64,000 nucleotides of DNA from Macrostomum lignano. Its lineage: Eukaryota. The position numbers were made by a program, and so were the translations under genes. The notes beneath the pieces are model-generated. The model was not told the DNA's origin and searched no databases. It saw only the letters and a program-made list of their open reading frames with translations. Within the stretch, counting starts at the first letter, position 1, and the number at the start of each line of letters is the position of its first letter. Below, piece by piece: positions 13,515 through 24,800 of the stretch. The stretch covers positions 124,001 to 188,000 of the forward strand of contig NIVC01001600.1 in assembly GCA_002269645.1 (NCBI GenBank), read 5' to 3'.

Positions 13515-13860
13515 GTAGCTGAGGACCCGCTGAAGGATTAGAGAGGGTAGCTGAGGACCCACTGAAGGATCAGAGAGGGTGGCTGAGGACCCGCTGAAGG
13601 ATCAGAGAGGGTGGCTGAGGACCCGCTGAAGGATAAGAAAGGGTGGCTGAGGACCCACTAAAGCATCAGAGAAGGTAGTTGAGGACCCACTGAAGAATCA
13701 GAGAGGGTGGCTGAGGACCCGCTGAAGAATCAGAGAGGGTGGCTGAGGACCCGCTGAAGAATCAGAGAGGGTGGCTGAGGACCCGCTGAAGAATCAGAGA
13801 GGGTGGCTGAGGACCCGCTGAAGAATCAGAGAGGGTGACTGAGGACCCGCTAAAAGGATC
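13515..13860. repeat. 32-bp minisatellite GAGGACCCGCTGAAGAATCAGAGAGGGTGGCT
   Basis: About 11 copies immediately upstream of the eRF1-like gene. Confidence 0.95.
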
Positions 13861-13942
13861 AGAGACTGCGATTGAAAGCCGAACATTCGAAGGTAAATGC
13901 CCTCAACTATTCTATTTTATGCAGCAACAGCTTGTTGTTGTC

Positions 13943-16900
13943 ATGGCAACAGCACTGGCTGTCAATCAACCATCGGCTGTTTCAGCTGATTTTCGCAGCC
14001 AGGAACTGCAGCAGCAGCAATGGAAGCTGAAGCGACTCCTTCGCGCACTGGACAGAGTCCGCGGTCACAATGGCACCAGTCTGATCACCCTGCTGGTGCC
14101 GCCGCAGCACCCGTTGAGTCGGCCAGCCAAGCTGCTAGCCGAGGAGATTGGAGCAGCTGGGAACATTAAATCGCGTGCCAATCGACTGGCTGTGTTGTGG
14201 GCCCTGGCCTCGGTGCAGCAGCGTCTGAAGGTGTACAGTCGGGTGCCAGACAATGGCCTTGTGATCTTCTGTGGGACTATTGTCACGGAGGCTGGGAAAG
14301 AGAAAAAGGTTGGGTTAGAGTTCTTATTGATGTTATTATATGTAGCCGATATGTATCGATAAATTGCGTAAGTAGCCGATATGTATCGATAAATTACGAT
14401 AAGTAGCCGATATGTATCAATAATTTACGTAAGTAGCCGGTATGTATCGATTAAACACTGAAGTAGCTGATATGTATCGATTAAACACTGAAGTAGCCGA
14501 TATGTATCGATTAACCACTGAAGTAGCTGATATGTATCGATTAAACACTGAAGTAGCCGATATGTATCGATTAACAGTAACAGCTGATATGTATCGATTA
14601 AACACTGAAGTAGCCGATATGTATCGATTAACCACTGAAGTAGCCGATATGTATCGATTAACCACTGAAGTAGCCGATATGTATCGATTAAACACTGAAG
14701 TAGCCGGTATGTATCGATTAAACACTGAAGTAGCCGATATGTATCGATTAAACACTGAAGTAGCCGATATGTATCGATTAAACACTGAAGTAGCCGGTAT
14801 GTATCGATTAAACACTGAAGTAGCCGATATGTATCGATTAAACACTAAAGTAGCCGGTATGTATCGATTAAACACTGAAGTAGCCGATATGTATCGAAAG
14901 TGAATTTATTAGAAAATAAGAAATCGCGACCCCCTTCCCCCACATACCCAGGTAACAATAGACTTGGAGCCGTGCAAACCTGTCCAATCGCCCATCTACC
15001 TGTGCGACAGCCGGTTCCACACAGAGGCGCTGCAGTCGATGCTGGAAACTGACGAGCGCAAGTTCGGCTTCATCGTGCTGGACGGCTCTGGCGCCCTCTT
15101 CGCTGTGCTGAGCGGCTCCGAGCGCCGGGTGCTGCACCGAATGTCGGTCGAGTTGCCCAGGAAACACGGCCGAGGCGGACAGTCCGCCGTCCGGTTTGCC
15201 CGTATCCGATTGGAGAAGCGGCATAATTATTTGCGCAAAGTGGCCGAACTCGCGTCCGGACTGTTTCTGGAGCCGGACAGCGGCCGGCCGGCCGGCCGTG
15301 GACGGACTTGTTTTAGCCGGGTCGGCCTCAAAGTTGAATTGCAGCAGGGCGGCCTGCTGGATGCCAGACTCGCTGGCAAGGTTGGTTACTGGGGCGGAAA
15401 TATGAAGAGAGCGGCGGAAATATGAAGTGAGGGGCGGAAATATGAAGTGAGGGGCGGAAATATTAAGTGAGGGGCGGAAATATAAAGAGAGGGGGCGGAA
15501 AGATGAAGTGAGTGGCGGAAATATGAAGAGAGCGGCGAAGTGATGTTTAGAGAGGGGGCGGAAAGATAGAGAGGCGGAAAGATAAAGAGAGGGGCGGAAA
15601 GATAATTAGCGGGGCGGAAAGATAATTAAGTTGGGTGGAAAGAAGAAGAGAGGGTGCCGGTAAGATAAAGAAAGGGGCGGAAAGATAAAGAAAGGGGCGG
15701 AAAGATGAAGAGAGGGTGGCGGAAAGATGAACAGAGGGGCGGAAAGATGAAGAGAGGGGCGGAAAGATAAAGAGAGGGGCGGAAAGATGAAGAGAGGGCG
15801 GAAAGATGAAGAGAGGAGCGGAAAGATGAAGAGAGGGGCGGAAAGATGAAGAGAGGGGCGGAAAGATGAAGAGAGGGGCGGAAAGATGAAGAGAGGGGCG
15901 GAAAGATGAAGAGAGGGGCAGAAAGATGAAGAGAGGGTGGAAAGATGAAGAAAGGGGCGGAAAGATGAAGAGAGGGGCGGAAAGATGAAAGGAGGGCGGA
16001 AAGATGAAGAGAGGTGGCGGAAAGATGAAGAGAGGGGCGGAAAGATGAAGAAAGGGGCGGAAAGATGAAGAAAGGGGCGGAAAGATGAAGAGAGGGGCGG
16101 AAAGATGAAGAGAGGGGCGGAAAGATGAAGAGAGGGGCGGAAAGATGAAGAGAGGGGCGGAAAGATGAAAGGAGGGCGGAAATATGAAGAAAGGGGCGGA
16201 AAGATGAAGAAAGGGGCGGAAAGATGAAGAAAGGGGCGGAAAGATGAAGAGAGGGGCGGAAAGATGAAGAGAGGGGCGGAAAGAAAACGATTAAAGATTA
16301 GGATATATCAAAGAGGACTGTAGGAGTGCAGCAAACAATACACCAGCATATAAATACAAATGCATGTCTAATCTACATGTCCAGACACTCCAGGTGGTGG
16401 ACATAGCCTACGGCGGTGAGGTCGGCCTCAACCAGGCCATTGAGCTGGCCTCAGACTGTTTAACTGGCCTGGCCTATCTAGAAGAAAAGCGCTGCCTAGC
16501 CAGACTATTCGAAGAATTGGGTCACGGCCGGCAGCAGCTGGTTTGCTACGGTGTTGGGCAGACTGTGGCCGCACTAGAATCTGGCGCGGTGGACACTGTG
16601 CTAGCCTGGGAGGAGCTGCCCTACAACTGCGTGCTGACCGCCAGCCGGCAGCTGAAGCTGATTCCTAGGCAAGCCTGTCGGAGTGCTGCTGGCGGTCAGC
16701 ATGGAGATGGTGTAGAGGTCACCGACTGCGGCCTGGATGAGCCGAGGCCGCTGATCGACTGGCTGGCAGATGCGGGCTGCCCGGCGGCCGGGGCTCAGCT
16801 GCGCGTGCTGGCCTGCCGCAGCCCCGAGGGAGTGCAGTTTGCCAACGGCTTCGGCGGCCTCGCTGGCCTGCTGCGGTACCCGCTGGACTGGGAGGTGAGG

Positions 16901-18303
16901 GAGCTGCGTGTGTCTGTGTGTGTCAGTGTGTGTCTGCCTGCTGTGTCTGTCTGTGTCTGTCTGTTGTGTGTGCCTGCTGTGTCTACTGTTCCTGCCTGCT
17001 GTGTCTGTCTGTGTGTGCCTGCTGTGTCTACTGTTCCTGCCTGCTGTGTCTGTCTGTGTGTGCCTGCTTGTCTACTGTTCCTGCCTGCTGTGTCTGTCTG
17101 TGTGTGCCTGCTTGTCTACTGTTCCTGCCTGCTGTGTCTGTCTGTGTGTGCCTGCTGTGTCTGTCTGTGTGTGCCTGCTTGTCTACTGTTCCTGCCTGCT
17201 GTGTCTGTCTGTGTGTGCCTGCTGTGTCTGTCTGTGTGTGCCTGCTTGTCTACTGTTCCTGCCTGCTGTGTCTGTCTGTGTGTGCCTGCTGTGTCTACTG
17301 TTCCTGCCTGCTGTGTCTGTCTGTGTGTGCCTGCTTGTCTACTGTTCCTGCCTGCTGTGTCTGTCTGTGTGTGCCTGCTTGTCTACTGTTCCTGCCTGCT
17401 GTGTCTGTCTGTGTGTGCCTGCTTGTCTACTGTTCCTGCCTGCTGTGTCTGTCTGTGTGTGCCTGCTGTGTCTGTCTGTGTGTGCCTGCTTGTCTACTGT
17501 TCCTGCCTGCTGTGTCTGTCTGTGTGTGCCTGCTTGTCTACTGTTCCTGCCTGCTGTGTCTGTGTCTGCCTGCTGTGTCTGTCTGTGTCTGTCTGTGTCT
17601 GCCTGCTGTGTCTATCTGTGTCGGCCTGTTGTGTCTGTCTGTGTGTGCCTGCTGTGTCTGCTGTTCCTGTCTGTGTGTCTGCTGTTCCTGCCTGCTGTGT
17701 CTGTCTGTGTGTCTGCTGTTACTGTTTGTTGTGTCTGCTATTCCTGTCTATGTGTGTCTGCTGTTCCTGCCTGCTGTGTCTGTCTGTGTGTCTGCTGTGT
17801 CTGTCTGTGTGTCTGCTGTGTCTGTCTGTGTGTCTGCTGTGTCTGTCTGTGTGTCTGCTGTGTCTGTCTGTGTGTCTGTCTGTGTGTCTGCTGTGTCTGT
17901 CTGTGTGTGTCTTCTGTTTGCTGTTTTTGAAGAAGCAACATATGTCTGCCTTCTGTGTGTCTATTTGTTTTTCTCAGTGTCTTTTTAGCATCAGAATCGC
18001 AAAATACCATGGGCATCCTGTGTCCGAATTTAGGTTGCCAAATTAAAAACCAGAATCCCAGCAGGCATCGGTCAAAAAGTTCAAAACCATACTCTGCAGT
18101 CTTCAGAATTTATGCTTACAGATTACTCAAAATGTAGATTCTGACTCTCTTCAATCATTTATCAACAGTCCCATCTCTCGTCGTTTCTTATCCCAATCCA
18201 GGATCCGGAGTCGCTCCAGTCTGGTGCACAAACCGACGCTGAAGCGGTCGCGGATGAGGATGCAAGCGACGTCTACGACTGCTTCGATCTAGGCGACTAC
18301 TAG
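13943..18303 (+). CDS. eRF1: Divergent eukaryotic peptide chain release factor 1 (eRF1/ETF1-like) paralog; exons 13943-14308, 14952-15380, 16385-16894, 18202-18303 (1407 nt, 468 aa)
   Basis: Motifs [56 protein letters not shown] and C-terminal FDLGDY* (human FDLDDY). All introns are GT-AG, phase 0. The start is ATG 13943 or in-frame ATG 13919. The reading frame is open, but 11 residues at 15294-15326 are scrambled by compensating frameshifts, so a pseudogene or assembly error cannot be excluded. Confidence 0.88.
14345..14895. repeat. 30-bp minisatellite AGTAGCCGATATGTATCGATTAAACACTGA in eRF1-like intron 1
   Basis: Tandem array; each unit has the quasi-palindrome CGATA-TG-TATCG. Confidence 0.97.
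15393..16285. repeat. 20-bp purine-rich minisatellite GGGGCGGAAAGATGAAGAGA in eRF1-like intron 2
   Basis: About 44 copies beginning 12 nt after the donor. Confidence 0.97.
16905..17910. repeat. Complex TG/CTG-rich repeat (~44-bp higher unit) in eRF1-like intron 3
   Basis: Visible low-complexity array; gives the Cys/Val/Leu-rich pseudo-ORFs. Confidence 0.93.
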
Positions 18304-18689
18304 TACCTGTTGTCGGGGGTAACGAACCACCGGCCACCCACCCAAACTAGGCCTGTTGTCGGTGGAGGCCCTGTGGAGGCCCACATGGAATAACTTAACT
18401 ATAAATTTCTCTTTCTGCTTTAGTTTTTAGTCTCCTATAGATCCTTTACTTAAACTGTAAAGTAAAGTCGTTTAATCACCCGCTTGGATTTGAGAACTAA
18501 TGACTGGGTTTATCGATTTTTTATTAGATTATATTGATTATTTTGGGCCTCTACTGAACGCCTCCTTGATTGACAACTGTGCCTAGTTGATGGGTGGGTG
18601 CGGGGTTCGTTTCCTCGGAGTCCTTCTTGCACAACTGTTTCACTGAGGCTCGGCCTGTGTCAGCTGGATTCGCCCAGTCACCTGCATTG

Positions 18690-18990
18690 ATCAATCAATG
18701 AACTGGGCACAGCAGGATCTGCCGATCAACTGATCAATCAATCAATGAACTGGGCCACAGCAGGATCTGCCGATCAACTGATCAATCAATCAATCAATCA
18801 ACTGGGCCACAGCAGGATCTGCCGATCAACTGATCAATCAATCAATCAACTGGGCCACAGCAGGATCTTCCGATCAACTGATCAATCAATCAATCAATCA
18901 ACTGGGCCACAGCAGGATCTGCCGATCAACTGATCAATCAATCAATCAACTGGGCCACAGCAGGATCTGCCGATCAACTGATCAATCAAT
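18690..18990. repeat. ~48-52-bp repeat TCAACTGGGCCACAGCAGGATCTGCCGATCAACTGA(TCAA)n
   Basis: About 6 copies with a variable TCAA tail. Confidence 0.93.
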
Positions 18991-19824
18991 AAATCAATAT
19001 TGTGTCAGACTGTTATCTCAAAGCGTGGTTGCCAACGACTCATGATAATATTTATTCCTAAACTAAGCAAGATTTTATCCCTGGAAGAAGCCAGTTTCCA
19101 AATATTTTTGATATTTTATCCAGGAATTTCTATGATTTATCCAGAACAATTTCAAAGCAATGCTTTCGAACGAATATTTTTTACAGTTTTTTTCTACACA
19201 AACTTTTGTTAATAAACCTGTCTGTCTACAATCTTTTTTTAGTTTTTTTCCTTCTTCACAAAAACAATCACCATAAAATGCCGTTCTGTCAGTTACTGTT
19301 TCTGTTTTTTTTTCACTTGATCGAATTTCCTGCCCGCTGGAAATGATGACAATCTGGCTCGATATGCCTTCTGCCGCCTGCTGGGAATATTTATATTGGC
19401 AATGATTGGCAGAAGGCTCAGGGATTTAATTAATTAGTCAAATAAGAGAGATCTGAATTCGTTCTGGAGGTCTCGGGTGGGCTGGTGCAGATTTTCCTGG
19501 AGTGCCTGCTGCTCAGATTGAATTAGGGAAGAGATGGCGGAGTCTGCATTGATTCTCCTCTGCCTATCTGATCTCATTCCCATGTGCCCCTGCTGCGTGA
19601 CCTGATTAAAATTCGTCTATTCGCTCCCGAGGGGGGAAGAGGTTTCACCGTACTGATTTTCTCTGAGATTAATTTCTCAGTCTTAGCCGCCTGGCAACGC
19701 GGGACGCGGTGTTTTATAGCTTAGATGATCAGCATTTCTGTCACTTCTGTCACTGAATTTATGCATGCATTTATTCTAACTGTCTTCGTGGGTGTGTCAT
19801 TTTACTTCGTCTTTTCCTGCTTGA

Positions 19825-21085
19825 GTGTCTCATCTCTTTCTTGGGGTGTCTCATCTCTTTCTTGGGGTGTCTCATCTCTTTTTTGGAGTGTCTCATCTCT
19901 TTCTTGGAGTGTCTCATCTCCTTCTTGAGGTGTCTCATCTCTTTCTTGGAGTGTCTCATCTCTTTTTTGGGGTGTCTCATCTCTTTTTTGGGGTGTCTCA
20001 TCTCTTTTTTGGGGTGTCTCATCTCTTTCTTGGAGTGTCTCATCTCCTTCTTGAGGTGTCTCATCTCTTTCTTGGAGTGTCTCATCTCTTTTTTGGGGTG
20101 TCTCATCTCTTTTTTGGGGTGTCTCATCTCTTTTTTGGAGTGTCTCATCTCCTTCTTGAGGTGTCTCATCTCTTTCTTGGGGTGTCTCATCTCCTTGGGG
20201 TGTCTCATCTCTTTCTTGGAGTGTCTCATCTCTTTCTTGGAGTGTCTCATCTCCTTGGGGTGTCTCATCTCCTCCTTGGGGTGTCTAATCTCCTTGGGGT
20301 GTCTCATCTCTTTCTTGGGGTGTCTCGTCTCCTTCTTGGGGTGTCTCATCTCTTTCTTGGGGTGTCTCATCTCCTTGGGGTGTCTCATCTTTTTTGGAGT
20401 GTCTCATCTCCTTGGGGTGTCTCATCTCTTTCTTGGGGTGTCTCGTCTCCTTCTTGGGGTGTCTCATCTCTTTCTTGGGGTGTCTCATCTCCTTGGGGTG
20501 TCTCATCTTTTTTGGAGTGTCTCATCTCCTTGGGGTGTCTCATCTCTTTCTTGGAGTGTCTCATCTCTTTTTTGGAGTGTCTCATCTCTTTTTTGGAGTG
20601 TCTCATCTCTTTCTTGGGGTGTCTCATCTCCTTGGGGTGTCTCATCTCTTTCTTGGGGTGTCTCATCTCCTTGGGGTGTCTCATCTCTTTCTTGGGGTGT
20701 CTCGTCTCCTTCTTGGGGTGTCTCATCTCTTTCTTGGGGTGTCTCATCTCCTTGGGGTGTCTCGTCTCCTTCTTGGGGTGTCTCATCTCTTTCTTGGGGT
20801 GTCTCATCTCCTCCTTGGGGTGTCTCATCTCCTTGGGGTGTCTCATCTCTTTCTTGGGGTGTCTCATCTCCTTCTTGGTGTGTCTCATCTCTTTCTTGGG
20901 GTGTCTCATCTCCTTGGGGTGTCTCATCTCTTTCTTGGAGTGTCTCATCTCTTTCTTGGAGTGTCTCATCTCTTTCTTAGAGTGTCTCATCTCTTTTTTG
21001 GAGTCTCTCATCTCTTTCTTGGAGTCTCTCATCTCTTTCTTGGAGTGTCTCATCTCTTTCTTGGAGTGTCTCATCTCTTTCTTGG
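19825..21085. repeat. 21/18-bp minisatellite GTGTCTCATCTCTTTCTTGG(G/A)
   Basis: Tandem array; gives the MRHPKKE/GVSHLFL pseudo-ORFs. Confidence 0.97.
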
Positions 21086-21806
21086 AATGCCTGATCTCCT
21101 ATGGGTTTCTCATCGTTATTGGGGTTGTCTCGTGTCCATTTTGGTATGTCTCTTGTTCGGTGACTCCTTGTGTTGTCTCTGACTAAAAACGGTTCATATG
21201 TCCTATTAATGCTACTTGTCAGTAGGAGGAACCAAGAAAAGAAGAATTATTTGTAAATTCCTAATATTTAGAACGCGAGGACAATTATGTATTCGGGGTT
21301 TGATTTCTAATATACGATAGAAAAAATAAGCCCAGAAATCGACTACGAAGCTGCAAATTTCCGATTAATTACATTTATCATTTATCTGCGATATGATTTA
21401 TCTACGAGCGTGGATACAAGATACTATAAATAGTTATTTATATTGGATTATTGCATACCAACATTTCAGGCCGATTTCAAGTGTCTGTGCAGTCTGTTGA
21501 GCGTTGTAGGAAGTAATCTTTGGGGAGAATTCGGGAGTGCTGGGAAATGGGGTTAGGGTTGAGAGGGTGCAGACCGACAAGACTGTTAACTGCAATTATT
21601 GCCTAGCGGCTGTAAACTGCATTAAACTGCATTGGATGGCCAGTTTATGGATGCTTTGCAATTGCCACTGATTGTCTCTACACCTAGTTATGGCCTCGGC
21701 AATTACCATTTTGAAAGGGGAATAAAAATACAGATGCGGGGGAATTGAAAAGGGAGAGAGGTGGGGTGGAAAGAGAAAAAGAACTGGCAGAGATACATAA
21801 CTATGT

Positions 21807-24800
21807 ATAGAGAGAGAGAGAGATGGCAGAGAAATAGAGAGAGATGGCAGAGAAATAGAGAGATGGCAGAGAAATAGAGAGAGATGGCAGGGATCTATAG
21901 AGAGAGATGGCAGAGAAATAGAGAGATGGCAGAGAAATAGAGAGAGAGACGGCAGAGAACTAGAGAGAGAGGGATGGCAGAGAAATAGAGAGATGGCAGA
22001 GAAATAGAGAGAGAGACGGCAGAGAACTAGAGAGAGAGGGATGGCAGAGAAATAGAGAGAGATGGCAGAGATATAGAGAGAGATGGCAGAGAAATAGAGA
22101 GAGAGACGGCAGAGAACTAGAGAGAGAGGGATGACAGAGAAATTGAGAGATGGCAGAGAAATAGAGAGATGGCAGAGAAATAGAGAGATGGCAGAGAAAT
22201 AGAGAGATGGCAGAGAAATAGAGAGATGGCAGAGAAATAGAGAGAGAGACGGCAGAGAACTAGAGAGAGAGGGATGGCAGAGATATATAGAGACAGATGG
22301 CAGAGATATATAGAGAGAGATGGCGGAGAACTAGAGAGAGATGGCAGAGAAATAGAGAGAGAGAAGAGGGCAGAGATATAGAGAGAGATGGCAGAGAAAT
22401 AGAGAGAGAGAATAGGGCAGAGATATAGAGAGAGATGGCAGAGAAATAGAGAGAGAGAATAGGGCAGAGATATAGAGAGAGATGGCGGAGAACTAGAGAG
22501 AGATGGCAGAGAAATAGAGAGAGATGGCAGAGATATAGAGAGAGATGGCAGAGAAATAGAGAGAGATGGCAGAGAAATAGAGAGGGACGGCAGAGATATA
22601 GAGAGAGAGATGGCAGAGATATAGAGAGAGATGGCAGAGAAATAGAGAGAGAGATGGCAGAGATATAGAGAGAGATGGCAGAGATATAGAGAGAGATGGG
22701 AGAGAAATAGAGAGAGATGGCAGAGATATAGAGAGAGATGGCAGAGAAATAGAGAGAGAGATGGCAGAGAAATAGAGAGAGATGGCAGAGATATAGAGAG
22801 AGATGGGAGAGAAATAGAGAGAGATGGCAGAGAAATAGAGAGAGATGGCAGAGATATAGAGAGAGAGATGGCAGAGAAATAGAGAGAGATGGCAGAGATA
22901 TAGAGAGAGATGGCAGAGAAATAGAGAGAGATGGGAGAGAAATAGAGAGAGAGATGGCAGAGAAATAGAGAGAGATGGCAGAGATATAGAGAGAGAGATG
23001 GCAGAGAAATAGAGAGAAATAGAGAGAGATGGCAGAGAAATAGAGAAATAGAGAGAGATGGCAGAGAAATAGAGAGAGATGGCAGAGAAATAGAGAGAGA
23101 GATGGCAGAGAAATAGAGAGAGATGGCAGAGAAATAGAGAGAGATGGCAGAGATATAGAGATATAGAGAGAGATGGCAGAGATATAGAGAGAGATGGCAG
23201 AGAAATAGAGAGAGATGGCAGAGAAATAGAGAGAGATGGCAGAGAAATAGAGAGAGATGGCAGAGAAATAGAGAGAGATGGCAGAGAAATAGAGAGAGAT
23301 GGCAGAGAAATAGAGAAATAGAGAGAGATGGCAGAGAAATAGAGAGAGATGGCAGAGATATAGAGAGAGAGATGGCAGAGAAATAGAGAGAGATGGCAGA
23401 GATATAGAGAGAGATGGCAGAGAAATAGAGAGATGGCAGAGAAATAGAGAGAGAGATGGCAGAGAAATAGAGAGAGATGGCAGAGAAATAGAGAGAGATG
23501 GCAGAGATATAGAGATATAGAGAGAGATGGCAGAGATATAGAGATATAGAGAGAGATGGCAGAGAAATAGAGAGAGATGGCAGAGAAATAGAGAGAGATG
23601 GCAGAGAAATAGAGAGAGATGGCAGAGAAATAGAGAGAGATGGCAGAGAAATAGAGAGAGATGGCAGAGAAATAGAGAGAGATGGCAGAGATATAGAGAG
23701 AGATGGCAGAGATATAGAGATATAGAGAGAGATGGCAGAGATATAGAGATATAGAGAGAGATGGCAGAGAAATAGAGAGAGATGGCAGAGAAATAGAGAA
23801 ATAGAGAGAGATGGCAGAGAAAGAGAGAGAGATGGCAGAGAAATAGAGAAATAGAGAGAGATGGCAGAGAAATAGAGAAATAGAGAGAGATGGCAGAGAA
23901 ATAGAGAAATAGAGAGAGATGGCAGAGAAATAGAGAGAGATGGCAGAGATATAGAGAGAGATGGCAGAGATATAGAGAGAGATGGCAGAGATATAGAGAG
24001 AGATGGCAGAGAAATAGAGAGAGATGGCAGAGAAATAGAGAGAGATGGCAGAGAAATAGAGAGAGATGGCAGAGAAATAGAGAGAGATGGCAGAGAAATA
24101 GAGAAATAGAGAGAGATGGCAGAGAAATAGAGAAATAGAGAGAGATGGCAGAGAAATAGAGAGAGAGATGGCAGAGATATAGAGAGAGAGAGATGGCAGA
24201 GATATAGAGAGAGATGGCAGAGAAATAGAGAAAGATGGCAGAGAAATAGAGAGAGAGATGGCAGAGAAATAGAGAGAGATGGCAGAGAAATAGAGAGAGA
24301 GATGGCAGAGATATAGAGAGAGAGATGGCAGAGATATAGAGAGAGATGGCAGAGATATAGAGAGAGATGGCAGAGATATAGAGAGAGATGGCAGAGAAAT
24401 AGAGAGAGAGATGGCAGAGATATAGAGAGAGATGGCGGAGAACTAGAGAGAGATGGCAGAGAAATAGAGAGAGAGATGTCAGAGATATAGAGAGAGATGG
24501 CAGAGAAATAGAGAGAGATGGCAGAGAAATAGAGAGAGATGGCAGAGATATAGAGAGAGATGGCAGAGATATAGAGAAATAGAGAGAGATGGCAGAGAAA
24601 TAGAGAGAGATGGCAGAGAAATAGAGAGAGATGGCAGAGATATAGAGAGAGATGGCAGAGATATAGAGAGAGAGATGGCAGAGATATAGAGAGAGATGGC
24701 AGAGATATAGAGAGAGATGGCAGAGATATAGAGAGAGATGGCAGAGAAATAGAGAGAGAGATGGCAGAGATATAGAGAGAGATGGCGGAGAACTAGAGAG

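Noticed and set aside
15298-15316. 19-nt GT...AG micro-intron as an explanation for the eRF1 frame switch
   Set aside because: Removing it deletes the conserved motif and leaves the downstream sequence in the wrong frame.
16895-18046. Cys-rich extension of the 560-aa ORF after the eRF1 C domain
   Set aside because: There is a donor at 16895, and a separate exon (18202-18303) supplies the conserved FDLGDY terminus; the extension is translated TG-rich repeat.
19342-19460. C/D-box snoRNA or pre-miRNA candidate (ATGATGA...CTGA; GCCTTCTGCC/GGCAGAAGGC stem)
   Set aside because: The terminal stem is only ~3 bp, it is not intronic, there is no recognisable guide, and the hairpin pairing is too interrupted for a miRNA.
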